Below, one piece after another: positions 26,362-35,700 of a DNA stretch of 39,661 nucleotides; position 1 is the first letter of the stretch; each line of letters starts with the position of its first letter. The position numbers and the translations under genes are program-made. The notes under the pieces were generated by a model. It ran no database searches, was not told where the DNA came from, and was given only the letters and a program-made list of their open reading frames with translations. Origin of the DNA: Defluviitaleaceae bacterium (GTDB lineage: Bacteria > Bacillota > Clostridia > Lachnospirales > WQUN01); the NCBI GenBank assembly GCA_009785665.1, contig WQVV01000001.1:1-39661 (forward strand), read 5' to 3'.

Positions 26362-26634
26362 ATGGATGTATATTTCACCGATATTGCAAATAAGGAACTA
26401 AAAAACTGGCTGAAATCAGACCGTTTAACTGCCAAGAAAATTTACGACCTTATCAGCGATATTAAATCACATGGAATGTTAGGCGGTCGCGGCAAACCCG
26501 AACAATTAAAGCATTACAAAAATCTGGTGCGATTTTCAAGGCATATTAATAAAGGAGATAGGCTCGTTTATTGTCTGCAAGATGAAAAGGATTTGTTAAT
26601 TATTTCATGCAAAGGGCATTATGACGATAAATAA
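26362..26634 (+). CDS. yoeB: YoeB/Txe-family toxin (mRNA interferase)
   Basis: A 90-aa protein. The segments KKIYDLISDI...GKPEQLKH...SRHINKGDRLVY...ISCKGHY follow the YoeB pattern (GKPEPLKH...RRI...HRLVY...HY). Confidence 0.85.
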   Translation: MDVYFTDIANKELKNWLKSDRLTAKKIYDLISDIKSHGMLGGRGKPEQLKHYKNLVRFSRHINKGDRLVYCLQDEKDLLIISCKGHYDDK

Positions 26635-26647
26635 GAAAGAGCGCACT

Positions 26648-26763
26648 TATAGCAAACAACTTTCAAAATCGTGATTGTGCGTCGGACAAAAACAGCCAAA
26701 AACGCTCATTTCGCGTTTTTGGCAACCCTCCTTCAATCACGTTTTTCAATGTCGTTTGCTATA
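26648..26763. repeat. ~116-nt imperfect palindromic element with TATAGCAAAC termini (family C, long form)
   Basis: The arms are TATAGCAAACAACTTTCAAAATCGTGATTG (26648-26677) and CAATCACGTTTTTCAATGTCGTTTGCTATA (26734-26763). The inner perfect hairpin is GCCAAAAACGC / GCGTTTTTGGC (26695-26723). Confidence 0.8.
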
Positions 26764-26832
26764 TGTACCACAACGAGAGTGGTACGTGCGTAAAGTTTAT
26801 ATTTGTTTCACTATAACGAGAGGGTGAATGGT

Positions 26833-27765
26833 ATGCACTTATTTAATGCGCTACTTGATTGTATAGATGATTGGCACGATAGAAAAAAATCTATTTCATC
26901 ATTCACGCCGTTGATAAAGTGTATTATGCAAAAAGAAAATTTAACTTTTACAGCAATTGAGTATGCAATGCAAGGAACAAACGCTGTTTTTAAGGTTGGC
27001 AGGTATGTTGTGAAAGTATTTGTTCCATCAGAGTTGGCTTCACACGGAGGATATGGGACAGATTTTAATGTAGAATTGTTTGGGATAAAATGGGCAAACG
27101 ATTTAGGCGTGCCGTCATCAAAATTGGTAGCCAGCGGCATAATTATGGATAAATATTCATTTAACTACATGATTATGGAATATATCAACGGCGTACCGTT
27201 GAATAAAATTGAACACAAGCTGAGTTATGATGATAAAATAGCGATTGGGAGGAACGTGCGGAACATTACCAATATGCTGAATTTACCATGTGATAATTTT
27301 ACGTCAATTGACGTAATGCAGTACGCAATCGGTAATGAGGAGTGGAAAAGAGAGGGTTTTTCCGATTCATTCCTTGCCGAATTAGCAAAGTATCTTAACG
27401 ATTTTCGCATAGGTCAAAAAGTTTATTGTCATGGAGATATTCATGAAGGTAACATAGTTGTAGATGATGATTTAAATGTATCACTTATAGATTTTGCCGA
27501 TGCTATGTACGCGCCCGCTGATTATGAGTTGGTTTACATTGTAAGCAGCTTGTTTGGTTTTGAGAAACCATATATGGAAGGGTTCTTTGGCGGTAAGTAC
27601 AATATTGATGATATATTGGAACTGTGTATGGCGTGGTTGCCGGTTCATGCGTGGAGTCATGGACTTTTAGCAGAGATGATTGGTCCGGCAGAGGAAATCA
27701 CTTCATTTACTGTTATGAGGAAGCGATTAAAGGATTGGATATTAAATGAGGGGAAAAAAGTATGA
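26833..27765 (+). CDS. aminoglycoside/choline-kinase-type phosphotransferase (APH family)
   Basis: Catalytic loop HGDIHEGNIVV and metal-binding LIDFADA. I trimmed the start to ATG 26833 (GAGAGGGTGA at 5 nt). Confidence 0.8.
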   Translation: MHLFNALLDCIDDWHDRKKSISSFTPLIKCIMQKENLTFTAIEYAMQGTNAVFKVGRYVVKVFVPSELASHGGYGTDFNVELFGIKWANDLGVPSSKLVASGIIMDKYSFNYMIMEYINGVPLNKIEHKLSYDDKIAIGRNVRNITNMLNLPCDNFTSIDVMQYAIGNEEWKREGFSDSFLAELAKYLNDFRIGQKVYCHGDIHEGNIVVDDDLNVSLIDFADAMYAPADYELVYIVSSLFGFEKPYMEGFFGGKYNIDDILELCMAWLPVHAWSHGLLAEMIGPAEEITSFTVMRKRLKDWILNEGKKV

Positions 27766-27853
27766 ACGTGGATACGGTTAATGAGCAAGCAAATAGTGGC
27801 GTTATTTCCACTCTTCATAGCACAACTCATGTATATTGATTGGAGGTTACATG

Positions 27854-29149
27854 ATGCGCAAGGTGACAAGACAACTGCTGGTAATCATTTTGGTGGCTAG
27901 TTTTATGTATTCCCCTGCAACGGCATTTGCAATAAGCCCATACGGTAGGCAGGTTGCAGAGGATTTTTTAATGCAGTTACCTATGATGTTTGGGGATTAT
28001 TTTAATGGCTGGTATCCTGACGGACTTTTAACATACACAGGTCAGCAGATGTTTCTTGCTATCCCGCGTCAACTTGGGACAGAATTGACCGATGGACAGA
28101 TTGAAATAGGCTGGGATTGGGATACCAGAGAATCAATAATAGCTGACGAACGTCAATTCCTTATCGGCTATGAGGGCGGCGAAATGTTTGAATCACACGC
28201 TGGGTATCTAGCAATGCCAATCCCAATCTTAACCACCGAAGTCCCTGATATTTTTTTCAGAGAATTTAGGGACTGGACACGGCACGGCTTCTATGATAGC
28301 AATTTCAACAGAATTGAAGACGCGCCGTGGATGAGTTATGAAACTTATGCATCAAGCTTTTCCCTATGGGATTTTGACAACAGCGGTATTCCCGATATTA
28401 TTGTAAATCATTGGGGCAATTATCGCGGCTCTGGAGATGGTGGCGGTGTTGCTTCGTTGTTCCGATATGTAAATGGTGAGTTTGTGCGAGTGTCATATTC
28501 CCCGCAACAACTATGGGAAGAGTTTGGGTTTGGTCGGGAGCACTCTTATTCATGGTTTCCATGGGTATACTATCATGATAATTTAGGCAATTTGGTAGGG
28601 TATTTTTACGGCATTGTTGAACCCATACCAACGTATGCCAGAATCACCTTCAACAATAACGCCGCAGACAAATTTGTTTTGGCGCGAGCAAGCAACGCAT
28701 ACTGGACTAATTATCTAACGGGTGAGCGCGATTTTCTAGCCCCCATATATGAAACATGGGGGGATAATCGTCCAGCGCAACGCGTACTGCCTGGTACAGA
28801 CATTACCCTAACACGAGTAAATCCTCTAACGGACTTGCACTTAGAAATTTCAGCATCTGTAAGGGAAAGACTCGACGCATACCAAGCCGAATCAGCAATT
28901 AACGAAACTGACGAAATTTCAGAAGAAATGGAAGAATACCTCCCAGAACAAGAAATAGCCGAATCTAACGAAACGCTGGAAGAAGCAGAAGAAACAGAAA
29001 AAATAGAAGAAACTTTTCCCGAATCAGAATACATTGAATCCGCCGAATACATTCCATGCCCAAAACGATTCATCTTCAAGTTTATAGAACTCCAGCAGAA
29101 GTCGCAAAAACCGCATAAACTCCCAGCAGAACTATGGAAATTAGCATAG
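27854..29149 (+). CDS. hypothetical secreted protein with an acidic Glu-rich C-terminal region
   Basis: The signal peptide is MRKVTRQLLVIILVASFMYSPATAFA. There is one FG-GAP-like segment, DFDNSGIPDIIV. The C-terminus EISEEMEEYLPEQEIAESNETLEEAEETEKIEE is acidic. RBS GGAGG. Confidence 0.6.
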   Translation: MRKVTRQLLVIILVASFMYSPATAFAISPYGRQVAEDFLMQLPMMFGDYFNGWYPDGLLTYTGQQMFLAIPRQLGTELTDGQIEIGWDWDTRESIIADERQFLIGYEGGEMFESHAGYLAMPIPILTTEVPDIFFREFRDWTRHGFYDSNFNRIEDAPWMSYETYASSFSLWDFDNSGIPDIIVNHWGNYRGSGDGGGVASLFRYVNGEFVRVSYSPQQLWEEFGFGREHSYSWFPWVYYHDNLGNLVGYFYGIVEPIPTYARITFNNNAADKFVLARASNAYWTNYLTGERDFLAPIYETWGDNRPAQRVLPGTDITLTRVNPLTDLHLEISASVRERLDAYQAESAINETDEISEEMEEYLPEQEIAESNETLEEAEETEKIEETFPESEYIESAEYIPCPKRFIFKFIELQQKSQKPHKLPAELWKLA

Positions 29150-29160
29150 GGCGTGTTCCC

Positions 29161-29919
29161 CTAAACAATATGACCATAAAAATATTTCTTTCCACGCTCC
29201 CATTCCATTTTAGAAAGTGATTCTGTGTAGTCTAGGATTTCTTTTACTACTTGGTTTGTGACTATAGTTTCATATTCCAATGGGCATTTTTTTCCCGACC
29301 AGATTGAAAGCAATGATGGAATTGTATACATTTTAAATGGTTCGTTAAGATACATTGCCGACATTGCACGCTGTTGAATTATCTTGGTCAAATCCCCAGC
29401 AAATGATGGCTTCTGTTCGTAGAAATATGAAGTAGACCGACTGTTTTCAATCCCCAAATAATAATTTCCGATGTCCTCAAATGTTACATCATCACCCAGT
29501 ACTGCGCCTAGTATTTCTGCTAAAGCATCTCGTATCATCGCTTCTACTTGATAGTTTCCAGTCCATTCTTCTAGCAAGACTAGCAAATACGGAACAATTT
29601 CGTAGGATAAAAAATCTGATGCCCTAGCTGTGAATGTTTTAAGCGTGTCTGTAGACGCGTTTAATAAAAAAATAAAATTATCCGAGTCTCGTATGTCTTC
29701 ATGTGTTGCAATTGACGAAAAAATTTCTATACATAATTGCAACACTTCGTCATCTCCCGTGCTGTTCATAAGCTGCACCAACAATGGTTTTAAAGAAAAA
29801 TCACCAAGCTTGAATAAATCCACCAAGTTGAAAATCAACTCTTCTTCGTTAATGGATTCGTCGAAAATTAATTTTTTTATCTCTGTGGGATTTACTTTTT
29901 CTACTTCTCCATACCACAT
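29161..29919 (-). CDS. hypothetical cytoplasmic protein (252 aa), immediately downstream of mutS
   Basis: An ORF with the RBS AGGGTGGA. I recognised no motif. By eye it looks predicted-helical and AT-rich. Confidence 0.5.
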   Translation of the reverse strand: MWYGEVEKVNPTEIKKLIFDESINEEELIFNLVDLFKLGDFSLKPLLVQLMNSTGDDEVLQLCIEIFSSIATHEDIRDSDNFIFLLNASTDTLKTFTARASDFLSYEIVPYLLVLLEEWTGNYQVEAMIRDALAEILGAVLGDDVTFEDIGNYYLGIENSRSTSYFYEQKPSFAGDLTKIIQQRAMSAMYLNEPFKMYTIPSLLSIWSGKKCPLEYETIVTNQVVKEILDYTESLSKMEWERGKKYFYGHIV

Positions 29920-29984
29920 ATTTATTCCACCCTTTTATTAATTGCTGCCCAAATTCGACATAGAGTTCTAGGACAGGTCTATTG

Positions 29985-32624
29985 CTACAAAAGCTCTTTC
30001 AAGCGGGATAGCGTTAGTAGTGCTTCTAGTGGGGTAATGTCGTTTACATTTATTTCGGATAGGGCTTGGGTTAGCTTTTGCTCTGTTTCGGTTTCTGTTA
30101 CCGTAGCAGAACTGGCTTCGTGATGTACATGCGGGTTTGCGTGAATGCCATCGGCGTTAAAAATATTTAGTAATTTTGTGGCGTGGGATAGTACGTTTTT
30201 TGGTAGGCCTGCTAGGCGTGCTACGTGGATTCCGTAGCTTTGACCTGCTTCGCCGTGGATTAGCTTTCTTAGGAAAACTATGTTTTCGCCTTGTTCTTGG
30301 GCTGTGAAGCAATAGTTTTTTACACCTTCTATTTGACCTTCTAGTTGGGTTAGTTCGTGGTAATGAGTGGCGAATAGCGTTTTTGATTGGGTTTTGTTGG
30401 CTATGTGTTCTAGTACTGCCCATGCTATCGCTAGGCCATCGAAAGTGCTTGTTCCGCGACCTATTTCGTCTAGTAGAACTAGGCTGTCTTTTGTGGCGTT
30501 GTTTAGAATGTTGGCTACTTCGGTCATTTCCACCATGAATGTGCTTTGCCCTGTTGCGAGGTCGTCGGACGCGCCTACTCTGGTGAAGATGCGGTCGGTT
30601 ACGCCTATATCGGCGGATTGGGCTGGCACGAACGAACCTATCTGCGCCATTAGCACAATCAGCGCGACCTGTCGCATGTACGTTGACTTACCTGCCATGT
30701 TAGGCCCTGTTATTATTGCCAAACGGTTGTCTTGACTCATATCGGTGTCGTTTGGCACGAAGGCTTGGGGAGTTAGTTTTTCTATTACTGGGTGGCGACC
30801 TTCTTTTATTGTTATGTTTGTTCCGTTGGTTACGGTTGGTTTTGTGTAGTTGTTTACCTCGGCTGTTTCGGCTAGGGACTGGAACGCGTCCAGTGTTGCC
30901 AGCACTGATGCCGCGAATTGTATGCGTGCCATTTCATCAACTATTTCGCGGCGTAGTGTGTCGAATAACTCGTATTCCAAGGTTATTATTTGCTCGTCCG
31001 CGCCTAGTAGAGTTTCTTCTAGGTTTTTTAGTTCTTCGGTTACGAAGCGTTCGCAGTTTGCCAAGGTTTGGCGACGAATATAGTTGTCTGGGACTTTGGA
31101 TAGATTGGTGGCGGTTACTTCTATATAGTAGCCAAATACGCGGTTATAGCGGATTTTTAGGCTGGTTATTCCTGTTTCTTGCTTCTCGCGGGCTTCCATT
31201 TCTTCCAGATAGCCTTGGGCGTTTTCTTTTATATCGCGCAACTTGTCTAGTTCGGAGTTGATGCCGTCGCGTATCATGCCGCCTTCACGGGCTGTTGCTG
31301 GTGGCGTTTCGGTTATGGTTTTTTCGATTTTTTCATAAATGTCAGCCAAAGTATCGTAGGTGCGGCGAATTTCGCTGTTGGCCTCGCTTTTTGTGTGGGT
31401 TAAAAGGCGTTCTATTGCGGGTAGAAGTTCTATGCTTCCTCGCAGAATTGCCAAGTCGCGGGCAGTGCCGTAACGCGTGGATAGCCGCGCCATTACGCGT
31501 TCAAGGTCGTGTATGCCGTGCAAATACTCGCGGATTTCGGCGCGTTCGATGGGCATTTGCTTCCATTCCGATACTGCATCTAGGCGGCGGTTTATTTCTT
31601 TTGTGTTCATTAACGGAAGGTCTACCCAGCTACGCAGTAGACGCGCTCCCATTGCGGTTTTTGTGCGGTCTAGCACCCATAACAACGAGCCTTTTTTCCC
31701 CCTGTCGTGGGCGGCGGCGGTTAGTTCCAAATTTCGGCGGCTGGAGATGTCTAGTATCATGTGGGTTTGCTGGCTGTATGTTTTTAGCCGCGTTATTTGC
31801 GATAACGCGTTTTTTTGCGTGTCTGATAAGTATTCCAACAACGCCCCTGCCGCTGGGATTTCTGGCGCGTTTTCTACCAGACCAAAGCCTTCTAGGTGCA
31901 TTGTACCAAAATGCTCTGTTAAGCGTTTATGCGCGTTTGATAGATGGAATGTCCATGCTGGAACAGTAGTTGCCTTCACCCCCGTGATGTTTTCAATCAC
32001 GCGGGTTAGCGGGAAATTTTCGGGTAGAACAATCTCGGCTGGGTTTATTCGAGAAAGCTCGTCCAGTAATTTTTGCTCCGACATTGGAAACTGGCTTCGA
32101 GACGTATGCGTAGTTTCAGACGCAGGTTGTCGGCGAGAAGCGGCTGTGCCGCCGCTGTTAGGAATCGCCGTTGCCATAAACAGCCCCGTGGTTATATCCG
32201 CACATGCAAGCGAAAACCCCGCCTTGTCGCTGAAAATTGCCGCGATATAATTATGCCGTCCTTCGTCAAGGAAATTCGCGTCTGTGATTGTACCTGGTGT
32301 TATTACGCGAATTACGTCGCGCTTAACTATTCCCTTCGCTTGCTTCGCGTCCTCCACTTGGTCGCATAACGCGACTCGATAGCCCTTTTCTACAAGCTTT
32401 GCAATATATCCGTCTACCGCGTGTGCTGGTACGCCGCACATTGGCGCACGTTCTGCCTGCCCGCAGTCGCGCCCTGTTAGCGCGATGTCAAGTTCCTTTG
32501 CCGCTATTTTCGCGTCATCAAAAAAAATCTCAAAAAAATCGCCAAGCCGAAACATCAATATTGAATCCTTGTGATTCGCCTTAATGCTAAAATACTGCTC
32601 CATCATTGGGGTCATTTTTGGCAT
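29985..32624 (-). CDS. mutS: DNA mismatch repair protein MutS (carrying a repeat-derived insertion)
   Basis: N-terminus TPMMEQYFSIKANHKDSILMFRLGDFFE, Walker A GPNMAGKST, and DEIGRGTSTFDG. RBS AAGGAG. Confidence 0.95.
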   Translation of the reverse strand: MPKMTPMMEQYFSIKANHKDSILMFRLGDFFEIFFDDAKIAAKELDIALTGRDCGQAERAPMCGVPAHAVDGYIAKLVEKGYRVALCDQVEDAKQAKGIVKRDVIRVITPGTITDANFLDEGRHNYIAAIFSDKAGFSLACADITTGLFMATAIPNSGGTAASRRQPASETTHTSRSQFPMSEQKLLDELSRINPAEIVLPENFPLTRVIENITGVKATTVPAWTFHLSNAHKRLTEHFGTMHLEGFGLVENAPEIPAAGALLEYLSDTQKNALSQITRLKTYSQQTHMILDISSRRNLELTAAAHDRGKKGSLLWVLDRTKTAMGARLLRSWVDLPLMNTKEINRRLDAVSEWKQMPIERAEIREYLHGIHDLERVMARLSTRYGTARDLAILRGSIELLPAIERLLTHTKSEANSEIRRTYDTLADIYEKIEKTITETPPATAREGGMIRDGINSELDKLRDIKENAQGYLEEMEAREKQETGITSLKIRYNRVFGYYIEVTATNLSKVPDNYIRRQTLANCERFVTEELKNLEETLLGADEQIITLEYELFDTLRREIVDEMARIQFAASVLATLDAFQSLAETAEVNNYTKPTVTNGTNITIKEGRHPVIEKLTPQAFVPNDTDMSQDNRLAIITGPNMAGKSTYMRQVALIVLMAQIGSFVPAQSADIGVTDRIFTRVGASDDLATGQSTFMVEMTEVANILNNATKDSLVLLDEIGRGTSTFDGLAIAWAVLEHIANKTQSKTLFATHYHELTQLEGQIEGVKNYCFTAQEQGENIVFLRKLIHGEAGQSYGIHVARLAGLPKNVLSHATKLLNIFNADGIHANPHVHHEASSATVTETETEQKLTQALSEINVNDITPLEALLTLSRLKELL
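32091..32156 (+). repeat. Repeat family A, copy 3, inside the mutS ORF and in frame
   Basis: Sequence is CTGGCTTCGAGACGTATGCGTAGTTTCAGACGCAGGTTGTCGGCGAGAAGCGGCTGTGCCGCCGCT. It is 66 nt and is translated on the minus strand as SGGTAASRRQPASETTHTSRSQ. Confidence 0.85.
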
Positions 32625-32707
32625 GGTACTACTCCTTATGTATTGGCGTTTGCCGCCAACTTACTTCAAAACACATTATACTACATGTTGCTATCGTGTG
32701 GATAGGA

Positions 32708-35700
32708 CTAAATTTCCAGCACTGTGCGTAAAACCTCCAATGTTTTAGCGGCTAGTGGAAATTCAAAGTCTTCTATTAGTTGAGCCGTTACGGCGGATTC
32801 TGGTATTGTTCTTAGCTGTGGGAGGTAATCTAGTGCAACGGAGTTTCTTTCGGCTAGTAGGGGAGCTAGGGTATCAAAGAGGGTTGCGGCTTCTTTTTTG
32901 CCATTTTGGTCTAGTGTTTTTGTTGCTGTTGGTTTTTGTGGTTCGCCTATTTCTGATAGAATGCGGGATAGTTCTTTGTTTAGGGCTGAAAGATTTTCTT
33001 GTGAGGGGAATTTTTCTTCTGCTAGAAGGTCTTCTGCTGTTTGGGCTAGTTTTGTTAGGGTGCTTTCGCGAATTAGTGCGGAAGTGCCTTTTATATTGTG
33101 GACTATTCTGCGGGCTGTGTGGAGGTCATTTTTTGCCAGTGTTTGTTCTAGTTCGTTGAATGCGTTTTTATTTGTACGCACGAAATCTTTACGTAATTTT
33201 GTTGCTACGTCAGTATTTTGCATGAAGTTTTCGATGTCTTCTTGGGTGCTGGTTTGTTTTGCGGCGGCTAAAACTTCGGGGGATTGTTTATCCTTGATAT
33301 GTTTTGTTAGGAGATTGTTTAGTTGTTTTGTTTGAATTGGCTTGGAAATAAAGCCATCAAAGCCCGATTTCATGAACTCTTCGGCTTGACCTAGCATTGC
33401 GTTTGCAGTCAATGCTACTATGGGGTTAGTGTAACCCATGTCGCGTAGTTCGCGCATGGCTTCTACGCCGTTCATGCCAGGCATCATATGATCCATGAAA
33501 ATGATGTCGTAGGTTTTGCCCGATTTCACTTGTCTTATTGCCTCGTAACCGCTGTCGCATGTTTCGATTTTTAGGGAGTAGAAATTTAGCAAACCTTTGG
33601 CTACAAATAGATTTGCTTCAACATCATCAACTACAAGAACGCTTCCGTATGGCATGGGGTCTGGGGTAAATTTGAATCGTTTTGCGGCGGCATTGGCAGA
33701 TGATTCTAGTTGTTGTAAGCGGTACGCAGTTTCTCTGCCTAGAATTTCCGCGCCAGCTATTTTTTGCGGTAGGTTTATGGTTATGCTGGTGCCTTTTCCT
33801 ACTTCGCTTTCAATGTCAATTTTGCCGCCCATAATGTCAACCAAGCTGTAAACTATTGGGATTCCCAACCCTGCGCCACCTATGAAGCGTTTTTCGCTTT
33901 CGTGAAAGCGGGAGTAATCGTTATAAATTGTATCAAGTTGTTCATTTGTCATGCCGAAGCCTGTGTCACTTATGGCTATTTGTAGGGTAATGGCGTTTTC
34001 TTCTAGTGGAATGCATTGCAAAGATAACTTGACCGTTCCAGATTCGGTGTACTTAAACGCGTTGGATAGCAAATTGTTTAGAACTTGTTCTATGCGAAGG
34101 AAGTCGCCTATTAGTATTGTGGGTAGGTCTTCGCTGATGTTCATTTCAAATTTGATATTCTTGCTACCTACATGTAATAGCGAAAGATTTGCGGCATCAT
34201 TTATCATACTGGCAACCTCGTACTGCTCGTGTATGATTGTCATTTTGCCCGCTTCAATTTTGGATAGGTCAAGAATATCGTTTACCAAGTTTAACAACAT
34301 ATCTGCCGAGTTGAAAATTTTTGCAAAGGCTTCTTCAATCGTAGGCGGAAGGTTTGGATTTTGCAAATTGATTTCGGATATGCCAAGTACCGCCGATATT
34401 GGCGTTCTTATTTCGTGGCTCATGCGCGCTAGGAATAGACTTTTTGCGCGGCTGCTTTCTTCGGCTATTTCTGTGCGGCGGCGTTCTTCTTGGGCTTGTT
34501 TTTGTTGGGTTATGTCGCTTGCGTATGTTACTACCACTATTTCGTCGTTGTGCATTATGCGAATACCTTGCACTTCCATGTACGCAGGCTCGCCGCTCCG
34601 ATACGTTACGAATGAAAACTTGCCTTCGCCTGTTGCGAAAATTTCTTCAAGGTGGGTGTTCCATAGATAACGTGACGGTGTTCCGTCTGGCTGAAACGCT
34701 GGCGAGTTGCGGAATAGGCTTTTCCTAAATGCTTCTTTATCGGCAAAACCATAATAATCTAGCGTGGTGCGGTTGCAGTCTATCACGTTGTATTCTTTGT
34801 CCCAGTATTCGATGTTTAGTGGCGTTGCATCAAACATCATGTGCATACGCTCGTTCATTTCGCGTTCGCTTTCGTTTCTTAGCGACGCTTTTATTACGCG
34901 AAGGTCGTTGCTATATGTTATGATTAATTTTTTATCGCCGTGGTTTACGCGAAACGCTGATGTTTCCAGTGGTAGAAACTCGCCGTCAAAACGCTTGCGA
35001 ATTATTTCATAGCGGTTAAAACCTTCGCTTAACACGGTAACGGTTTGTTGTACGCCAAATTCGGTTGATGTCAAACCGCAGGGCTGGAATAATGGCATTG
35101 TTTCTGTGTATCTGCTGATAAATTCTTCCTTGGTCGAAACTCCAAAAGCTTCCAGTGTTTTTTTATTACAGTCTTGAAATTCATGATTGCTGTCCCAGAT
35201 TTCTACCAGCGCGGGTGATGTGTCCAGCAAAAGTTGCGTCATTTCCAACGCTTGACGAATTTTCTCATCTGCCGTAAGCAGTGGGCGTATATCTTGAAAA
35301 TACGCCGCAACCATGTTTTCACCCATGCCTACGCGTACCAATGTTAAATCTCCTGGGATTAACTCGCCACTAGCATGTTGAAGCACCCAAGAGCAGCGAA
35401 CCATTTGCTCTTCCATTGTTTGCAAAAATAAAATTTTCACCTTATCTGCCAAGATTGTGCCGCATGGTAGGTACTTGGGTTGATAGTTGAAAAAATTATC
35501 TATATAATCGCGCTTGTTTTTTGCCCCTACGATGTCTACCGCAGATTGCGTGCAATCAATTATTATCGCGCTTTCGCTTTCCATGTCGGGCATCCACAAA
35601 CTAGACGGAATCGGGTTTGAATCATATAACATATGCTGAAAAAGTATTGCGTCCTGTTCCCGTTCCTCGGCTAGTTTTTTGTCGGATACGTCGCGCATGT

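Noticed and set aside
27762-27839. 25-codon mini-ORF (MNVDTVNEQANSGVISTLHSTTHVY) overlapping the APH stop by ATGA and ending just before the next gene's RBS
   Set aside because: It is too short to evaluate. It has no RBS of its own and no recognisable features. It could be chance in an AT-rich spacer, and ribosome profiling would be needed.
26150-29919. Calling the accessory patch a defined mobile element (prophage, ICE or IS)
   Set aside because: No integrase, transposase, recombinase, tRNA attachment site or flanking direct repeats are visible in the window. Only the looser description of likely horizontally acquired DNA is justified.
30367-32584. Series of long plus-strand ORFs (up to 257 aa) and minus-strand alternative-frame ORFs inside mutS
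   Set aside because: All overlap the 879-aa MutS frame, which has canonical motifs. They have the Arg/Leu/Cys-rich composition of non-coding frames.
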